DNA of 63,929 bases, filler included, from Reticulomyxa filosa (GCA_000512085.1; 28 parts of 28 records of this genome joined end to end with filler, not necessarily neighbours in it); one strand, 5' to 3'; counted from the first letter of the whole stretch, positions 50,800 to 63,929 are shown. Numbers and translations are program-made. Notes: generated by a model not told the origin, from the sequence alone.

Positions 50800-51879
50800 T
50801 TAAATTTTCTCTTCAATTCTTGTCTTTGAAATGTCATCAAATAACGCAACATAAAACATGTTGCAGGGGTGGAAACGTAAGTAAAATCCAACAAAATTTG
50901 ATTTTTGTTTAAAATATCTTGTTTCCAATAACTTAATGAATGAATGTAATTTGAGCTCTTTTACTTTATTCGCTTTCAAAAATCCTGACATAATTGTCGT
51001 GCATGTTATTTCATTGATTGAAATAAACTTTTCTGGTCGTTGTGAATAATTCAATATTTCCATCATCTTATTTGTTTCTCCACATTTTGCATACACATTT
51101 AGCATCGAATTGATCGAAATTATATCAATGTCAATATTAAAATCGTGTATCATTTTATTCCAAATCAATTCAGCACTTTGAATATCATGTGCATTTGCAC
51201 AAACTGATAACAATGAATTACAAGTAATCAAATTTGGATTGATGTTATATTTGTCAATCATCAAATGGAGATAATATAATGCCTGTTTAAAATCTCCTCT
51301 CTTTGTGCATCCTTTGATCATTGTATTGAATGTAATGATATTAGGGACCAACAATTGATGATTAATTTGATTTTGTTGTTTTCCGAACCATTGTTGAAAA
51401 TAATATTTCTGTAAATTAAATTTATCCCACATTCCCAAATAATTTAAAGTCATGTTGTAAAATATAATATCTGGATGAATATGTTCGCTTTGCACAATTT
51501 CAATAATTTGAATGATTGAATTGGGACATTTTAATTCTGAACATCTTTTAATAGCTGCAGCATAGAGAGATGTATCTTGAGATGAACTTTCTTTGAGATA
51601 TTGAACAATTTCTTTATCAGATGCCATTTTCCGAATTAGTGATCGTTCATATTTTGATTCAGAGGATGATATTGTTTTTGATAATGCGCCTTGTTGTCCT
51701 TTTAGCTTTTTTTTGTATTGGTTCATTTTGTGTTGTTCGTCCAGTCTGACGTGATATGTGTTGGGTTGACGAAGTCGTCTAATGAGAACGCAAGGAATAA
51801 TGTTCCAGATTGGCCTTTTGTTTAGTGCTCCTTGTCTAAGGTTAGTTCTTTTGAGAGTTGTAATCATCATTGCTGTCAT
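50800..51879 (-). CDS. Pentatricopeptide repeat (PPR) protein, probably truncated
   Basis: 35-aa PPR units (PDIIFYNMTL.., PNIITFNTMIKGC.., PNLITCNSLLSVCA.., IDIISINSMLNVYAKCG.., INEITCTTIMSGFLKAN). Basic, acid-free N-terminus. Non-PPR tail after KANKVKE. Confidence 0.9.
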   Translation of the reverse strand: MTAMMITTLKRTNLRQGALNKRPIWNIIPCVLIRRLRQPNTYHVRLDEQHKMNQYKKKLKGQQGALSKTISSSESKYERSLIRKMASDKEIVQYLKESSSQDTSLYAAAIKRCSELKCPNSIIQIIEIVQSEHIHPDIIFYNMTLNYLGMWDKFNLQKYYFQQWFGKQQNQINHQLLVPNIITFNTMIKGCTKRGDFKQALYYLHLMIDKYNINPNLITCNSLLSVCANAHDIQSAELIWNKMIHDFNIDIDIISINSMLNVYAKCGETNKMMEILNYSQRPEKFISINEITCTTIMSGFLKANKVKELKLHSFIKLLETRYFKQKSNFVGFYLRFHPCNMFYVALFDDISKTRIEEKI

Positions 51880-52666
51880 TTTTTTTAATCAATTTCGACA
51901 CTTGAACTTTGCGAACCTTTTAATTAAAAAAAGATAATGATGAGTTTCAAGTTTGAATGCCTCAGTTGGTGTTTATTGAATGTTGGTTAAGATTATTTGT
52001 AAAAATTTTTTTGACGTTGTTTGTAACAAATAAGTGAGCATTTTTGAAAAAATTTGATAATGTTTTTTGGAACAAACTGCGATCAACATCATTGACCAAA
52101 AACAAAAGTTTGAAAAAAGAATTTTAATTCTAATTGCTGACATAATGGCAATTGATTGCTTTGAAACAAATACATGCTTAAAGAGAAAAAAAAACATGGA
52201 CAAATGACCCACTTGTCTTAATTTGATTGTACATAAGTAAAAGGATATCCTCTTTTTTTTCTTCCTCAATGATAAAAAAAAATAGTAATTCCCTATAATG
52301 GACATCAACCAAAATATTATTTAACAAAAACTACCTTTCGTATCTGTAATATCTTGCAGTCTTGGATTTCAACGTAAAAAATCAGTCGTCTTATATTTTT
52401 TCAAACACAAAAGAAAAAAATTCACACTCTCCATTGTTTTTTTTTGGACATATTTTCTTTGAGTATGCATTTTTGTCAACTATTAAAATCAACAGAAAAT
52501 AATCTCAAACTTTCTTCTAAAACGTTATTTATCGATCATTGTCAAATAATTCACACATTTGTAATAATTTAAGATTATCTTTGGAAAATCCCTTCCATAA
52601 GTAATGTTTAAAAGTGAGTTAAAAAAAATTAAAATTCAAGTTTTGAATTGATAATAAAAAAATCAA

Positions 52667-53158
52667 ATGACAGCAATGATGAGTACAACTTTCAGAAGAG
52701 CCGGCCTTAGATGTAAAACATTGGATAAGTTTCCAAGCAGGATTGTTGTTCCTTGCGTTCTCATTAGAAGACTTCGTCAACCCAACACATACCAAGCCGC
52801 TTTGGACGAACAACACCAAAGGACGCAATACATAGAAAAAATTACAGGGACAGCAAGGTGCATTATTAAAAACAATATCACCCCTTGAATCACAACATGA
52901 ACGATCATTACTTCGAAACATGGAATCTGATAAAGAGATTCTTCACTTTCTCAAGAAGAGTTCATCTCAAGATACATCTCTCTATGCTGCAGCTATTAAA
53001 AGATGTTCAGAATTAAAATGTCCCAATTCAATCATTCGAATTATTGATATCGTGCAAAGCAAACATATTCATTCAAATATCACATTTTATACCACAATTT
53101 TACATCATTTGGGAATGTGGAATAAATTTGATTTACAAAAACATTATTTTCAACAATG
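52667..53158 (+). CDS. Second PPR paralog, divergently oriented, N-terminal part (one homopolymer frameshift)
   Basis: MTAMM..PCVLIRRLRQPNTY..SSSQDTSLYAAAIKRCSELKCPNSII is shared with the minus-strand copy. An extra A in the run at ~52836-52841 shifts the frame. Confidence 0.85.
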
Positions 53159-53305
53159 NNNNNNNNNNNNNNNNNNNNNNNNNNNNNNNNNNNNNNNNNN
53201 NNTTAATTAATTAANNNNNNNNNNNNNNNNNNNNNNNNNNNNNNNNNNNNNNNNNNNNATATATATATATATATATACATATATGTATATATGTATATAT
53301 TGATA

Positions 53306-54352
53306 CCTCAACAGCCAAGGCGATAAGTCGTAAACAATGAGTAAGCAAATTGGGAGTGAATCTTGTGGTATCATTGACAAAGGCATGATGCAAGATGCAA
53401 GCCACATGATAGCCATCCACGATGTGCCCAGTAAAGCAAGTCTATGCGTATCGCTATATTTCACAGTCGGCCATAGAGAGCAGGGCAATGTATCATTGTT
53501 CTTGTTCCCGTCCATTTGTTTGGTCGCCAGTCTTCGTGTCACGAGTTGTATGTTGTCCAATACTTTTTGACGATCTTGTATGGTGTACTTTGCAAAATAC
53601 GGATTGATGAACGTGTAGTATTCATCCTTTAAACGATAGCTGGCATTATTCATGCCTTGAGCCTCTTCATGATGAGCGACACGTTGCAAAAGCAAGTGAT
53701 ATTTAAAATCTTTCGTCCGTCCTGTCAGCGAAATTTTCTCGTGCACTTCATTAAAAGTCAATTTGGCAAGCGCCAGCCAATGAATGAGTTCGTATTCCAT
53801 CCACTGCTCATCCTCGCTCTGTTTTGTGTCCGATTCATCCTGAATTGGAGCGTGTCGTGATTTGGAGGCATTCGGGACAAATGGATCCCGACACACTCGA
53901 AACTTGGGTTCGGCAATGAGTTGCAGCAAATTAATCAACAGCTCCTCTGCCAAGTGGAGCGTGTGAAGGATATTGCACCAATGCATCCAACCCGACTCAA
54001 ATGTATCTGTCAGTGCTCTCTCGATATGTGTTTGATTGTCAGTGACATTGAAACGGATCTCTGTGACCGGGTCGGGTGCAAACCAATCATGCAACTGATG
54101 GAAATACACAAACTTGGTGATGAAATGCGATGGCTTTATCCACTCCAACAATTGGTGCATCCCTCCAATGTCAGCGCCTCGAAACATGGAATAAGACTTG
54201 TGATTGTCGTATTGCTGTGCAAAGTTGGGCGCATCCAGGAGATTCTTACTCCATATCCCTGCGTATATTTGGGATACCTTGCCACGTTTTTCATAAATTG
54301 CTCTGCATACACTTCCAGCCATTTGTCTGTCCATTCTTCTTCCTTCTTTTCG
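53306..54352 (-). CDS. UBR-type (N-end rule) E3 ubiquitin ligase, internal exon
   Basis: AQIxAGxWxxN-like SQIYAGIWSKN, DIGGMHQL, LAEELLINLLQLIAE, YELIHWLALAKLTFNEV, LLQRVA..YRLKDEYYTFINPYFAKY match the UBR1/2 winged-helix region. Probable 1-nt shift near 53405. Confidence 0.8.
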
Positions 54353-55445
54353 NNNNNNNNNNNNNNNNNNNNNNNNNNNNNNNNNNNNNNNNNNNNTTAA
54401 TTAATTAANNNNNNNNNNNNNNNNNNNNNNNNNNNNNNNNNNNNNNNNNNNNTTTTTTTTTTTCCTCTTTTTTTTTTTGCGGTGTTATACGTATTTGTAC
54501 CATATTTGCAAATTTATTGTTTGGTTTGCTTCTTTTTTTTTTCTACCACTAACTTTTATGCTCTTGCCATATTATAATCCCATCTTTATGAAAACAATTC
54601 GCAAAGTCGATCACGTCATTTTATTGTTCTCAATTTGTACAAGAGAACGAATGATACTTTTAACTCTTTTGAAAAAAATTCAACAGAATTTGTTTAAACT
54701 ATTTGTATTCGTCATTAAAATTTTCTTTTCTGACTTATCAAAATTATTGTTATAAACTTCTTTTTATTCAGTAGAAAAAAAAAAAAGTAGAATCAAATTT
54801 CTTTTTTCGACAATTGACACTATTTGAACTTGTACTTTTGTTAATTTATTTCTTTAATCATAATGTAAAAACGTAATTTACAAATACGATAATCATTTTT
54901 TTAAAAAAGTGTTATTGATGTACAAATTTTTCAGGGGTCCACAGTATATATTTACATTTAAAATTATTTTGTTGTAGTTAGTGTTGAATAAACTATTACA
55001 GTTTTCAAGTGATTTTTGAAAATATTTTTTGCTTTTTTAATATTCGTGAAGTTGTTTGTATAAAAAGCGAATTAAACATATATACTGTAATCATGTTATG
55101 CACATCACACTTTTTATTTTGAAAAATATTATTTTTGGTTTGCTTGAATAACGACAATATGAAATCGTTTCTAGTTAGACAACAGTTTCGTGGTATAACT
55201 TTGAGTTTTTATTGAAGTATAACAGCATAAACATGTATTGGAAATTAATGCATTGATATTAATTTCTATCAAGTTATGTTTTACTTCAAATGCAATCTAC
55301 TTGCCGATTAAAAAATATGGTGGTAACATTGCCCGCAAAAAAAGAAATAATCATCAGGTGTTTTAAGAAAACCAACTTTTTTTAGTAGTAGCGTCAGCCT
55401 GAAATTAGAGCCAGTGTTTTCCTTTTTTCCCCTCTACTTGACAAT

Positions 55446-57738
55446 ATGTACCACGAAGAAACTTGCACTGCTGTCTATCAAGGCAAAATAAACTTGGTAA
55501 CATTTACTCTTTCTGACCACGACCAAGAACAGAACCGAAGAAAATTTATTGAACAAGTGAAAGCCAGTGCAAAGTCTGCAAAATGGGATTTGGAAGGAAG
55601 GCATCTACGATTTGACAATGGAGTTATTGTTTCACTTGACACAAAAACAGGAAGAAAGTAATCTCTTTGAAATAGCTTTGAAAAAGCGAGAAGACATGAA
55701 AATATGGATTGAGGTAAAGATTGCATTTCTAGTTCGTGTTCAACGAAACAACTTTTTTTGTTAATGCGTTGTTCTTATCTCGCTAAGCATTGATCACGAT
55801 AACAAAAAACATGCACAAAAATTTTTGTGCATGTTCATTTTTTAGAGTTGGTCCGAAATAATTGCTACAGTGACAGAGAGGAACAGTAAAGAAGAACTTT
55901 GGCTTACTATAAGATTAGCCACGGACGAGGAGATTGGGTTAAACTGGGAGGCAGCCTTTGAAAGGTTTAATAGCGATCTGATCGAAGGATTTCATACAAA
56001 TGCGATCACTATTTATGGAATGGCAATACAAGATAAAAAGCAAGCAAAGATTGCAAAAGGGACTCGGTTGAAACAATTTTATAACTATTGCATCACACAA
56101 CACCACGAACATAAATTACCATTTCGAAGATTGGAATTCATAGCTGAAGTGCGTTCGATTTGTTTGTGTTGTTGTTAACCTCCTTTTTCCTTACACGTGA
56201 ATAAAAGAAGGAGTATTGTGGCATAACAAAAGAAGCAAACACAATTTTTTTTTGCTCAAAATAGGGAGAGGAAAAAGAAAATTTTGATCAAGATATCAAG
56301 ATTGAAAAGTTAAATATTTTTTAAATTGTCATAATCATGTAATATATTTAAAAAAAAATAGACAAAAAATAAAGACCTCTCTTTTATTTGTGGGGCTGAG
56401 TGGACATGGCAAGACAACCCTTTTTTTAGCAATTCGAGATTATTTACAAAAAAAAAAGCTAAGAGAAGTGAAGTCCACAATAGCGGAAAGACGAGGAAGA
56501 GACGTGCTTGGAGGATCACGTACAGAAAAGCCAGAACAAATACAAATGAATACAGAGGAATACGAAGTGATCCTAACTGATACAGTGGGAATAAACGATG
56601 CGGAAACATGGAAGATTGAAGAAAAAAATTTAAATAATCTCCACGAATTTTTAAAAACTCTGAGTTCAATGCTTTGGCCTTGGTCATCAAAAATCACACC
56701 TCCCGGTTGGACGGCTCCTTGATTCGATTTGTAAACATGTTCCAAACAGAAATTACAGAGACATGCATTAATAATGTGATCGTTGTTCTCACTTGCTGCG
56801 ACGATACGCTCACACCGAGCACAGAAACACTTCAAATCCTCAAAAAGTTGCAAATTCCCACCCAACATGTCGTATGTGTCAATAATATTGCTTACAATAT
56901 TGACGTGGCCAATTCCGAAGCGCGAGAAAGCATAATTGACAGAAGCTTCTGGCTGACACAACAACAAATTGCCAAGTTGCTGTCACTTACATCAAAATTT
57001 CCATTTTTTCGAGGGTCCAATCTTCTTGAATTGCGGAGACTTCAGCTGGCCATAATTAAGAAACAGGAAGAGCTGAAAGAAATTCGAGAAAACATTCTGT
57101 CCTTACTAAAGGCAAAACAAGTATTGAGGACAGAATATAACCAAGAAAAAGTAGACGTACAAACATTTGTTAAACGCAAAGAAATTAAGCTAACAGAACG
57201 CGTGAAATCTTCTCATGTTTGAACATTGGTGGTTCCCTTTTCTTTTCACAAAAAAAGGGCAGTTAAAAAATAGTGATATACTTCTTATTACACATTAATA
57301 AAATAGCTTCGATTGATTTGTGCACAATGCCCAGAAGATACAAATGAGTGTCACAATCCTTGTGAAATTAGAGATATTAATCAAGGTATTCATAACTGTA
57401 GACTTTTTAGTAACCAAAACTTTGGGCGTAAGTTTTTAGTTCGTGCATTTGGGTCGAGTACTGCTCTTTGTTCAAAAAGAGATTGTGGGCATGCTCTTAT
57501 ATACCATTCACTCTCGGATGAGGTTACCCGTACCGTGTCAAAGCCATTGTTTGATGAGAATGACTTTAACAAGTTTCAAGAAATGAGAACCAATGAGAAG
57601 TTTCTGGAGGAAGCTGTGAAAAGCATAAGTGATAAAATAAAAGATTTAAAAATAAAAGAAGGCGACTACAACATTCAGCTAAGAGAAATGAAAAAAGATT
57701 TTAATAAAATGAAAGAAAAGGTAAAGCAGACGGAATAA
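55446..57738 (+). CDS. Multi-exon P-loop GTPase (AIG1/septin-like) with coiled coil and Cys/His-rich domain
   Basis: G1 LLFVGLSGHGKTT, G3 ILTDTVGIND, G4-like NVIVVLTCCD, then a coiled coil and CAQC..ECHNPC..HNC..C..DCGH..YH. Frameshifts at homopolymers ~55643 and ~56655. Confidence 0.75.
55808..55835. repeat. Perfect 28-bp palindrome in an intron
   Basis: AACATGCACAAAAA|TTTTTGTGCATGTT, no spacer. Confidence 0.9.
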
Positions 57739-57964
57739 TATGACTAACAATTTTATTTTCCTTTTTAAATACAAAAAAAATTGTACGAGTCTGTAAAATT
57801 TAGGATAGAAACAGAATAAAAAAAAGGTATTCGTTATAGCATAAATGGACTTAGACAACTAGTTGTAAATAATTTGCTTGCACTATTTTTATTTTGTTTC
57901 TTCTCTCAATTTTTGAGAGCAAAAAGTGCAGGTGAAAACTTGGAAAATAAAATTGTGATTCAGA

Positions 57965-58345
57965 CTACAAAAACACTCCTTCATCAACAACAATAGTGTC
58001 AATTTGTTGTGTTTGTATGTTTGAGTCTTTATTAAGCCTTTTTTTGAGAACGTGATTGATATCAACTGCGTAACTCTCCTCCAATGGATGAGCCACACCA
58101 TTACAAACTCTTTTATATATTCCAAACCAATATTTCATTTCCAATATAAAATTATCAATTGTGATGGCATTTTCATCAAATGCCTCTTTGCATTCTTTGT
58201 CTTCCAAATATTCTTTTTCAATCGTCGCATTTGTTTCACGTAATTTCACAATTCTCTTATGATAGGTCTCTATCTCTTCGACTATTTCTTTGGGTTGCTT
58301 CGATGAATCTTCATTCTTTTTGAATTCACTTTCATTAGTTGACAT
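57965..58345 (-). CDS. Small coiled-coil protein ending in DEGVFL
   Basis: Single-exon ORF (MSTNESEF..KLRETN..ECKEAFDENAITI..DEGVFL), convergent with the GTPase gene. Confidence 0.6.
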   Translation of the reverse strand: MSTNESEFKKNEDSSKQPKEIVEEIETYHKRIVKLRETNATIEKEYLEDKECKEAFDENAITIDNFILEMKYWFGIYKRVCNGVAHPLEESYAVDINHVLKKRLNKDSNIQTQQIDTIVVDEGVFL

Positions 58346-58889
58346 TTCGTGACAATTCACGTTATTTATCAAAGAAAAACTATTTTTATGTTAACGTGAT
58401 AAGAGAGGAAAAGGGATTTTGCCAACAAAAATTTACTCCAGGTGTTGTTAGTTTGCTACTAGTTAATTATTCTGGTTGCAATTTTTTTAGATTTGTCGAG
58501 GTCAAAATACAAATAAATTTGTATCTTTCCTGTTCTAGTACTTCTTAATTCCTAACAAACATCTTTAATCCAGTTAAAGTCGTAGATTTATATTAGTTAT
58601 TGTTGTAACATTATCTCGAAAAAAAAAATTAGTAAATTTTCATTAAATAAATTAGATCTTTTGAATTGTAATGCTGATTGGAATGTTGAAGGTTTTGGAG
58701 CATTTATTGTCCAAATAATCGTTGCTTTTTGTTCATTAAAATGCAAATCAATATCAACATATCTTTAGTTTCTTAACACAAACTTTTTACAACGAACAGT
58801 AAAAAAAAACAAAAATCGAGCCACACGCTTTCAATTGTAGTTCTTTTGTCAAGGCAACAATTTAAAAATGTCACACTTGGTCAATGCTT

Positions 58890-60348
58890 TTTAAGTCCTC
58901 CTTTGCGGTGTCAATTTTTTACAATGGCAAGCACTTAAACAAACAAATGTAAAAAGCGTGGCTATGTTCCTTGAGGTGGAGCAGTTTGTGGGGAAGATTG
59001 AGGCGAAGACGTTTGTGCATCGTTTGAATCTTTGGCTGCTTCATCTTTCGTTGCTTCATTTTTTGTTGCTTCATTTTTTGTTGCTTCATTTTTCGTTGTT
59101 CGTGATAATCGACTTGAAGACGCTGCGTTTTGCGCTTGCAATAAGACTTCAGGATGTTCTTTATCATATCTAGAGTAACCAAAAAAAAAAAAATCTTATA
59201 ATGATGGCCATACACAATATGTTACACACAACCAAACTTTTCACTGATTTCACGAAGTTTAACACTTTGGAGGACATCAGTCATAATTTCAGGAACTCGG
59301 AGACTTAAACGTTGGAACCAAGCGAGAAGCTGATAAGTCAATAAATCAGCACCACTTGCCTTGCTGGAGGCAGAGCTGGTAAGCAACTGTGTCATTCTCG
59401 GAACCCAAGCTCGCCAAGTTGTTTCAAAGTTTTTGTCTCGTTGTTGCAAGACCTTTTCGATCAGTAGTAGCCATAGCATGAAATCGTTTCTTTCCGTGTT
59501 AAATTCGTCGCACAAATTATGGAAACACCAATCCAATATCAATTGGGTAAAGCGACTGTTATTGTAACACCAATACAAGATGATGCCGGACACGCTTTCC
59601 TCATGAGGACAATCTCCGTACTCTCCGCCACGGTCGTTCAACAGCCGGGAAAACACTAGTGCCTTGAGTACTTTTCGAGGGAATTGTGTCATTGGTTTTC
59701 GAAGGAAGATTTCTCTGAGATGTTGGGGCAAAGGTTCATCTTTGTGGTCCTTTTGGAACTGTTGCAGTTGTTTCTGGCCCTCTTGATATCTCTGGTACTC
59801 TTCGGGAAGTGGCAGCGGGTCAATCGCACGAGGGATCTCCCAAGATGGTTTATCGTGCAATGGATAGTTGGGATCAAAGCCACTCCATAATGCGCGACGA
59901 TCTTGTTCATCCAATACTATATCACCACGAACCAAAAATAAATATTTTTGATTGGTTGATTGTATTTATTTGTTTGTTAGTTTGTACATAGAGGAAAAAC
60001 AACACAACTTATAGGAAGGCTTTCTTTATCCACAGCCCCAGGAGGATGGTCAAATGCACCGGAGACGTCTGTTTCTTTTTCTTGCGACTCAAGCGTCATC
60101 AGTTGCTGAGAACTTGAGTAGCTGGCCAGTTCTGCTTGTTTCGTGTCGGGAGGTAGCATTTGACTAGCGGGATCACTTGTCTCTCTGGTGATATCATTAG
60201 GTGGGTTCGACTCCAATTTCTCTTCGGAAACAATGTCTTCAACCTCGGTCTCTGTTTCTTTTGGGGTTTTCACATCCTCTTTTTTGTCCGACTCTTTGCC
60301 ATTGCTATTTGCGTCGGTATTGTTGTTGTTGTTGTTGTTGTTGTTGTT
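58890..60348 (-). CDS. C-terminal exons of a large protein, possibly USP9/24/34-like deubiquitinase tail
   Basis: IILYWCYNNSRFTQLIL..WLLLIEKVLQQRD resembles the helical tail of FAF/USP24-type DUBs. The last exon has a 15-bp minisatellite (~59036-59100, NEATK repeats). Confidence 0.45.
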
Positions 60349-60448
60349 NNNNNNNNNNNNNNNNNNNNNNNNNNNNNNNNNNNNNNNNNNNNTTAATTAA
60401 TTAANNNNNNNNNNNNNNNNNNNNNNNNNNNNNNNNNNNNNNNNNNNN

Positions 60449-61217
<769 letters not shown>

Positions 61218-61221
<4 letters not shown>

Positions 61222-61472
61222 GGGGAAAATCCTTCCTTCCAAAGTGCAAGAGGCACCACGACAGGTGGTGCCCCGAAATCCCTGAACCAGCCATCCACTA
61301 CCCAGACGTCGCCAGTGTCGATGTCCTGCACGGTAGCGGCATGGTGTTCGTTAAACAGCCACGGCGCGCGAAACGCGTCTGCTGCCGGCTGGTGATAGCG
61401 CAATAAGTGCAGCGACTGCAGCAAGGCCAGCAACTGGTGCAAGTTGTGGGTGTGGTCGATGCAGTCCATGCG
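61218..61472 (-). CDS. Bacterial hypothetical protein, C-terminal part, coupled to mnmA
   Basis: MDCIDHTHN..LL..LHLLRYH..HHAATVQD..GDVWVVDGWF.DFG.P..V.PL..W. Its stop overlaps the mnmA start (GTGA). Confidence 0.75.
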
Positions 61473-61584
61473 NNNNNNNNNNNNNNNNNNNNNNNNNNNN
61501 NNNNNNNNNNNNNNNNTTAATTAATTAANNNNNNNNNNNNNNNNNNNNNNNNNNNNNNNNNNNNNNNNNNNNTATATATACATA

Positions 61585-61616
<32 letters not shown>

Positions 61617-61639
61617 GTTCATTCAAGTTTTCTGATTTT

Positions 61640-62034
61640 ACTTTAAAATTGTCCATTTTTTGATTACATAGCATATTACCAATGCCACAGATCGGTCCAA
61701 TGTCGAAAGAGTCTTTAATGATGTTCAGCACAGTGTCGTGTTTGGAGCACTGGCCAAAAATGGTATTCTGTAAATTTTTTTGTTTTGTTGAAACAATGAC
61801 GTCTGCAAGTGAAGAGGTTGGCTTTCTTTTTTTTTTTTTGTTGTTGTTTTCTTCTGCGATGGAGCATATCACGTAAAATAAAACAAAAATACAACTGCTG
61901 CTTTTCATGGGTTTATCTTGTTTTATTCTTCGCTCAAAATCAAAAATATAAAATAATACTTTTTTTATCGGCTCAACTTTGTACTTTTTTTTGTCTTGTC
62001 TTTTTGTTTGTCTGCTTTTGAAATCTTTGATCAT
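61640..62034 (-). CDS. Hypothetical protein, N-terminal exons
   Basis: Lys-rich start followed by exon-like segments between A/T-tract introns. Confidence 0.35.
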
Positions 62035-63121
62035 TTTGGCCTCAACACTTTGTCTTTACAACGTACAATGTTCTCGCGACTTTATTGTCAATTCATTAGT
62101 TTGTTGCACTATGAAAAACAATCACTATTTCGTTAATGCATCATAAAGTGCAAAAAATCAAATCTAACAGCACGGAAACTACTTTATCATTTAATTTCTT
62201 ATAAACGAAAAGTAATTTTTTTGTGTCGGTAAAACCTTGCTTTCCTTTTTAAAAAAATATAATATAAAGTTTAAAGTTCCTATATTCAGCTCGTATTCTG
62301 ACTAATACAAGTTTGGCGCTTGTGCAAATATATTATTGTAATCAAAGTATAAATTAAAAATGTTACAAGTAATAACATTCAAGCAAAAAATTGTAAACAT
62401 ACTTCCTAGCAAAACTAAAAAAACAGCTAAAAATCAGTTCAAATGCACAGACCCATTAATATATATTTGTATACAAACAGTTGTTGACACGTTGCAAAAT
62501 AAGATACGAACGGAGGGGAAATACACACAAAAAACTAGATAGTACGTCAAACAGTCGTGTGAATCAAATCATCGTTTGGGTGACCATGTGTTCACTGAAA
62601 GCGATTTTGGATTCTTTTTGGAATTTTAGGGACTGATACGAATTAGTCAATGACCAGTTATTTCACAACGAAACAACTTTACCATGTACAACGGGCGTTC
62701 GAGCAATTGAACATTTCAAATTTATATCGAAATTGATTTTTTGTCATTGAATAAATACTATAAAAAAAATTTATTTTTGACTGGATTGTTAGTACACACA
62801 TGATGCAAATTATAACATTTTCAAAAATAAATGATCTGGTAGCTTAAAGTATGCGTCCGCCTCATTTTGGGGCTTACTTAACTTTTTACGTGTTATATAA
62901 TTATTGTTGTCATTGAGCCTTAAATATATAAGTTCTCATACTTACAAACTTGCGAGTTAGATTATCTTTGATCAGAACTTTGGCAGTTCGCATGCGTGCA
63001 ATTCTCACCTAGATCTATCGATCTTTTTTTAAATTCAGAACATAGTAGTGTACGAAAGTGTACCGTTTGGTTGTGTGTTTTCCAAAAATTAGTGTTTTTT
63101 TTGGTTAATGAAATAAAAACA

Positions 63122-63929
63122 ATGTCATCAGCCTTTGACATTCCTCCCGTCGTGTTTGATTCTGATGCTTGTAATCTATCCATTTTCTCTTTATTCTTTT
63201 TGTTTGTGATGATGCGGAAAAATTTTCAATGAAATACGTGCTCGATGTCTTGACAGCAACCCCAACCTCAACATTGACAAAAGAGGAAGCGCAAATGTTG
63301 ATATCTGCTCCAACAGAAACAGAGCAAATTGTATCTGCATTTGCGACCCTTCCCTCCAATGCAATTTCCGTGAATGTGATTCAATGGATGAGACAAGGAA
63401 CTGCCATGGTTTGAAAAACAAAAAAATATGACAATATAAAATTTGTATTTTTCTTTTTTTTTTTTTTTGAAAAGAAGTAATGTGTACGTACATATAAATA
63501 TAAAAGCTAAAGCAAGGACAACACGGTAAGCCAAAGTATCGATTGTTTGAACTATCGAATGACAACCTGTGGTTGCAATGGTATTCCGACCAAAAGACCC
63601 TTTTCGCATCCAAACTTTTTGTGCCCAGTTCTACAAAATCTTTTCCAAAAAAAAAAAAAAAAAAAAAAAGGGGTTAAAAAAGGGGGAGGAAAAAAAAAAA
63701 AGATACTTTGAATTACAAATTAATTTAAAAAAAAGATATATTGAAAATTGGCATTGGTGCCGATTCGGAAATGAAGAAAGAGAATTTACAAAAGTGTTCA
63801 CTAACCATTGAATATCAAGATTCTGCGAATAACCGGAAAATCGGAAAATTAAATGTCACGTGCAAGCAAATTGAAGATGCTAACTTATGGTTTTTCGGAT
63901 TATCCAATCTCATGCTTTTGTGTCGGTTT
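63122..63929 (+). CDS. PH-domain protein (PLC-type PH), multi-exon, 3'-partial
   Basis: WMRQGTAM | LKQGQHGKPKYRLFELSNDNLWLQWYS | IGIG..KCSLTIEY..KLNVTCKQIEDANLWFFGLSNL. This is the PH pattern with the conserved terminal-helix Trp. Confidence 0.7.

Noticed and set aside
55658-55675. Possible 18-nt GT-AG micro-intron (gtaatctctttgaaatag)
   Set aside because: Removing it leads to a TGA within 12 codons. A one-base homopolymer correction upstream gives a continuous frame to the next donor.

Overview
This window is not one locus. It is 28 short contigs joined by an artificial 100-bp spacer (44 N + TTAATTAATTAA + 44 N), so nothing can be inferred across the spacers. About 26 contigs come from an AT-rich, intron-rich protist. 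The decayed WD40, caspase-like, RING/TRAF and PPR families and the (TA)n or A/T-tract introns resemble the foraminiferan Reticulomyxa filosa (inference only). Recognisable eukaryotic genes, mostly partial: UFD1-like, Ser/Thr kinase, PI3/4-kinase, P4-ATPase, POLD2, PP2A B56, NSA2, UBR-type E3, two PPR paralogs, a P-loop GTPase and a PH-domain protein, plus several pseudogenes and a Tc1/mariner element with long TIRs. Two contigs are bacterial. 44112-47025 has an IS1595 end, tRNA-Ser(GCT), an uncharacterised two-gene operon and an IS4/IS231-like end. 60449-61472 is GC-rich and carries mnmA. Most notable: (1) a spliced eukaryotic PX + GGDEF-like gene with no frameshift but seven in-frame stops, each one C>T away from Gln or Arg; (2) the uncharacterised operon beside tRNA-Ser; (3) an intron-containing RelA/SpoT-like nucleotidyltransferase gene; (4) a promoter and start-codon-sequestering hairpin at the IS1595 end; (5) several palindromes. 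Single-base homopolymer frameshifts recur even in the conserved mnmA, which points to sequencing error.
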